A stretch of 64,000 bases of DNA from Diadema antillarum (Eukaryota). Every line of letters starts with the position of its first letter. The stretch's first letter is position 1. Below the pieces are notes generated by a model, which was not told the origin of the DNA, ran no database searches, and was given only the letters and a program-made list of their open reading frames with translations. Shown here one piece after another: positions 61,601 through 64,000 of this stretch. Position numbers and translations under genes: made by a program. The stretch spans positions 434,001 to 498,000 of the forward strand of contig NW_027271267.1 in the NCBI RefSeq assembly GCF_040938485.1. The letters run 5' to 3'.

Positions 61601-62940
61601 CAGGTGCTCTTGGCCAACTAGAGCAAGAGAAATGAATGCAGCCCTCGAATGAAACTGAACTGAAATGCATGAAATGCACAAACTGCGATGTCGCTGCAGT
61701 TGGCATTTGAGAAACATCCTAATATTTATGAATACTGCTCTCAAAAGGTATGTAAATAGTGTCTAGCAATTATTATGTCGACTGCATAGAATGATGGTGT
61801 AACAGAACACACTTGAGAATCCATGCTTTACAAAACACTGCGCTAGACTTTGAGTTTTGAGGAAAATCATTCACAGAATGTGTCATTTCACTAAGTGGGA
61901 ACATTATACCTCTTTTTCCATTTTGGATGAGTGCGAATGTATCCCAGCCATGTGTCTCGCACAGCTTTCCTTTGCTCAAAGTGGTCTCTGGCAGATAGTA
62001 TAGCAAGGAATATGTCACACTTCGTCTGGTGGTTGTGTTTACCTTTGAAATAAGGACAGAGAAGGGCAATGATTATAAATTGATATTACAAAAAACGAAT
62101 AGACCTAAACTATACAACATGCAAATTTTTCAGATTTGCGATAACTGCAAACACGGCTAGCAACTCTTTTGTACTGTCCACTGCTGTTTGTATAATTATT
62201 CTTACATCTTGCATGCCAAAGCTGATGCTGACATCAGTTATGAATAAGGCAAATCAAAATGGAAAATCTACACGAAACTAATATGAATAATCACAATATT
62301 TGTTGCTGCAAAACTCGATCATGACAAGAAGGGGAAATAAATATTATCATGATCATACATATTCATTTGTGACAGAACACTGGTTGACGTAATGTCACAT
62401 AACAGATATCATATTTTGTTGATAAGTTTTTGGTACTACTGACTGGAGAATTTCACTTATAAGGCAGATATTGTAGTTATACGAATGTGATGAACAAGTA
62501 ACTTTACATTTAAAACTTAATTTTTACGTATCACTCTTTGTCAATACGAACCGAGTATAAATAAAGATTCGCATAACATTTCTTTATGTCACTCACACTG
62601 TCACAGGAAAAAGTTAACGGACAACAGCACATATTGCATAGTAGTAGGAATAAATTTTACAGCTTAACAACTGATGGACTCTTGAATGAAAGACGTTGCT
62701 TGGGAAACAAATCAACTAGAGTCTAACTATATACACCAGCTTAGGAAAGCTGTTGAACAACACACCAAAAATTACATGTAGGACTGAGCTATTTGCTGAC
62801 GTGGACTTGACTCAGCACTGCTCAAATTTACCTGGATTTCCACTTCGACTTCGCCGTCGATTATACATACTCTCCTCGTTGACCACAATTACGGCCAGTG
62901 CAACACCAATGGCAACTAAAACAGACGGCCAACCCGCCAT
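50325..62940 (-). CDS. B3GALNT2: UDP-GalNAc:beta-1,3-N-acetylgalactosaminyltransferase 2 (GT31), 12 exons, 501 aa
   Basis: complement(join(62832-62940, 61910-62042, 60793-60893, 59165-59253, 58343-58444, 56848-56943, 56145-56258, 55151-55256, 53542-53725, 52091-52169, 51325-51512, 50325-50529)), 1506 nt. N-terminal TM segment, then ILSARDHFEQRKAVRDTW, KFVVG..C..P.DYRRDPYSC, VVDTYRNIPSKMLQFYEW, KTDDD (DxD), WWGQFR..W.VEHHGKW, YPSFACGSG, QGEDVSLGIWLAAV and terminal CGDPCGC. These motifs match B3GALNT2 as recalled. Confidence 0.95.
51801..51892. mobile_element. About 90-bp TTAA-flanked piggyBac-like MITE, copy D
   Basis: Termini TTAACCCTTGAGGACG and CGTCCTCAACGGGTTAA. Confidence 0.8.
54465..54918. 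mobile_element. Probable MITE with about 17-bp inverted ends
   Basis: GTATCGCCAATACGTAG at about 54473 versus CTGCGCATTGGCGATAC at about 54893. Confidence 0.5.
55486..55890. mobile_element. TTAAAGGG-terminated (Kolobok-like) non-autonomous element
   Basis: TTAAAGGGATGGTA left end, TACCATCCATTTA right end, central palindrome AAAAGGTGGGACCCACCTTTT. Confidence 0.5.
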
Positions 62941-63141
62941 TTTCAGCTCATTTGTAGCACGATCACGTTCCGCTGAGTGTCATGGGCGCAGACATTTTTC
63001 CTGACGAGGCACTTTCCCCGGGCGGTTGATGGGATCGTCCGGTTGTGATCACCTGACACTTGCAGCTGTTTCTGTTTCGCAACAACAACCACATCGGTCT
63101 TGTTATGACAGGAAGTGGCTGTAGTGTTAGTTTAAGAAAAT
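62941..63141. promoter_or_regulatory. Compact CpG-rich bidirectional promoter
   Basis: 201 bp separate the divergent ATGs. An ETS-type CAGGAAGTGG lies at 63109-63118, a YY1-type AAAATGGCGG (- strand) overlaps the B3GALNT2 start, and CpG density is raised through about 63420. Confidence 0.65.
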
Positions 63142-63246
63142 ATGAAGTGCTTCGAGGATCATATGGAAACTGTGATATCTTGGTTTGATGACTGCACGCA
63201 GGACCAGCAAACCGGGATACTGTTACAGCTGCTTTCAAGATGCAAG
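63142..63246 (+). CDS. First coding exon of a gene with a Smaug/SAMD4 N-terminal (SSR1)-like helix; partial, continues beyond the window
   Basis: ATG at 63142 reads MKCFEDHMETVISWFDDCTQDQQTGILLQLLSRCK, ending at a phase-0 donor AAG|GTACGA (63247). The spacing F-x-D-x7-WF-x7-QT-x2-LL-x-LL-x-R matches the recalled SAMD4 start ([33 protein letters not shown]). Confidence 0.6.
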
Positions 63247-63764
63247 GTACGAAAGATGAAGATGTGATCCGGCTGGGATGAGCATTTTAGGTAGCGTCGG
63301 GTAGTTTGCCGCACCGGCGCCGGCGGCGCCGGCGCGCGGAGCGAGGTGCTGTGGTTGAGCGAGGTGGTGGTGGGCCGTATGATCACGTGGGGTGGGCATG
63401 CGTTTACGCAGCGGACATGTGGTAAATGGGGTTTGGTTTGTCGCTGTAGTGATAATTAAGGTGATTACCATAGACATTTTGATAATGAGATAATGTTTAT
63501 GGATTCAGGACACCAGTCTATATAACCATTAATTGAGATGAACGTAACAATTACACAAAAAGGAAGATGTTGATAGCGATGGTATGGTGGTAGCTGTCTT
63601 TCTTGAGGAAAATGCTGATGATGAGGAGGAGGGGATGGGGATGATGAAAGTTGCAATCTGCAACGTTGCAGGCCCACCGAACCGAGAGTGGGTGTATAGG
63701 CACTTATGAGGCAACAGTGGTTTGAAGGAAGTGGTTCCCACAATCAGTTCGGGAAACCCACTCA

Positions 63765-64000
63765 CAAGGGGGGCCCCTCCTTATAAGTAACCCGTCCCCC
63801 TTATAAGTAACCCCGTTCCCCTTATAAGTAACCCCCGGGGCACCCCTTATAAGGAGTCTCCACGCTTTTTTGCAATGCAACGCGAAAATGAAAGGACTGC
63901 AGCAATTCGCTTGATTATGTCCATAAAGCTTCACAAGTTTCCTAGTTACTCACGAAATTTGAGCAAAATCGGTTCGAGGCATCATATCTAAAATCATGGA
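63765..64000. mobile_element. Probable transposon end with subterminal CCCCTTATAAGTAACC tandem repeats (runs off the window)
   Basis: Three full copies and one partial copy of CCTTATAAG(TAACC) between 63779 and 63853. Confidence 0.45.

Noticed and set aside
63159-63934. Several minus-strand ORFs at the window end
   Set aside because: They are by-products of GC-rich promoter/intron sequence and simple repeats.

Overview
AT-rich, intron-rich metazoan genomic DNA, probably from a non-vertebrate deuterostome such as an echinoderm (inferred from the repeat types and gene structure, not proven). Hand splicing gives four complete gene models and one partial one. (1) SCYL1 pseudokinase, + strand, 18 exons, 969 aa. 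(2) An unidentified 126-aa coiled-coil protein, - strand, 3 exons. (3) A 589-aa protein with an N-terminal bHLH and a C-terminal HMG box, + strand, 6 exons, resembling the meiosis initiator MEIOSIN/BHMG1; part of its first exon and intron is tandemly duplicated (about 1.09 kb). (4) B3GALNT2, - strand, 12 exons, 501 aa. (5) The first exon of a Smaug/SAMD4-N-terminus-like gene, + strand, starting 201 bp from the B3GALNT2 ATG. Introns and intergenic DNA carry many non-autonomous DNA transposons, a Helentron/HINE-like element with tandem arrays and a CR1-like LINE fragment. No RNA genes or CRISPR arrays were recognised. Homology calls come from recalled reference sequences, not from database searches.
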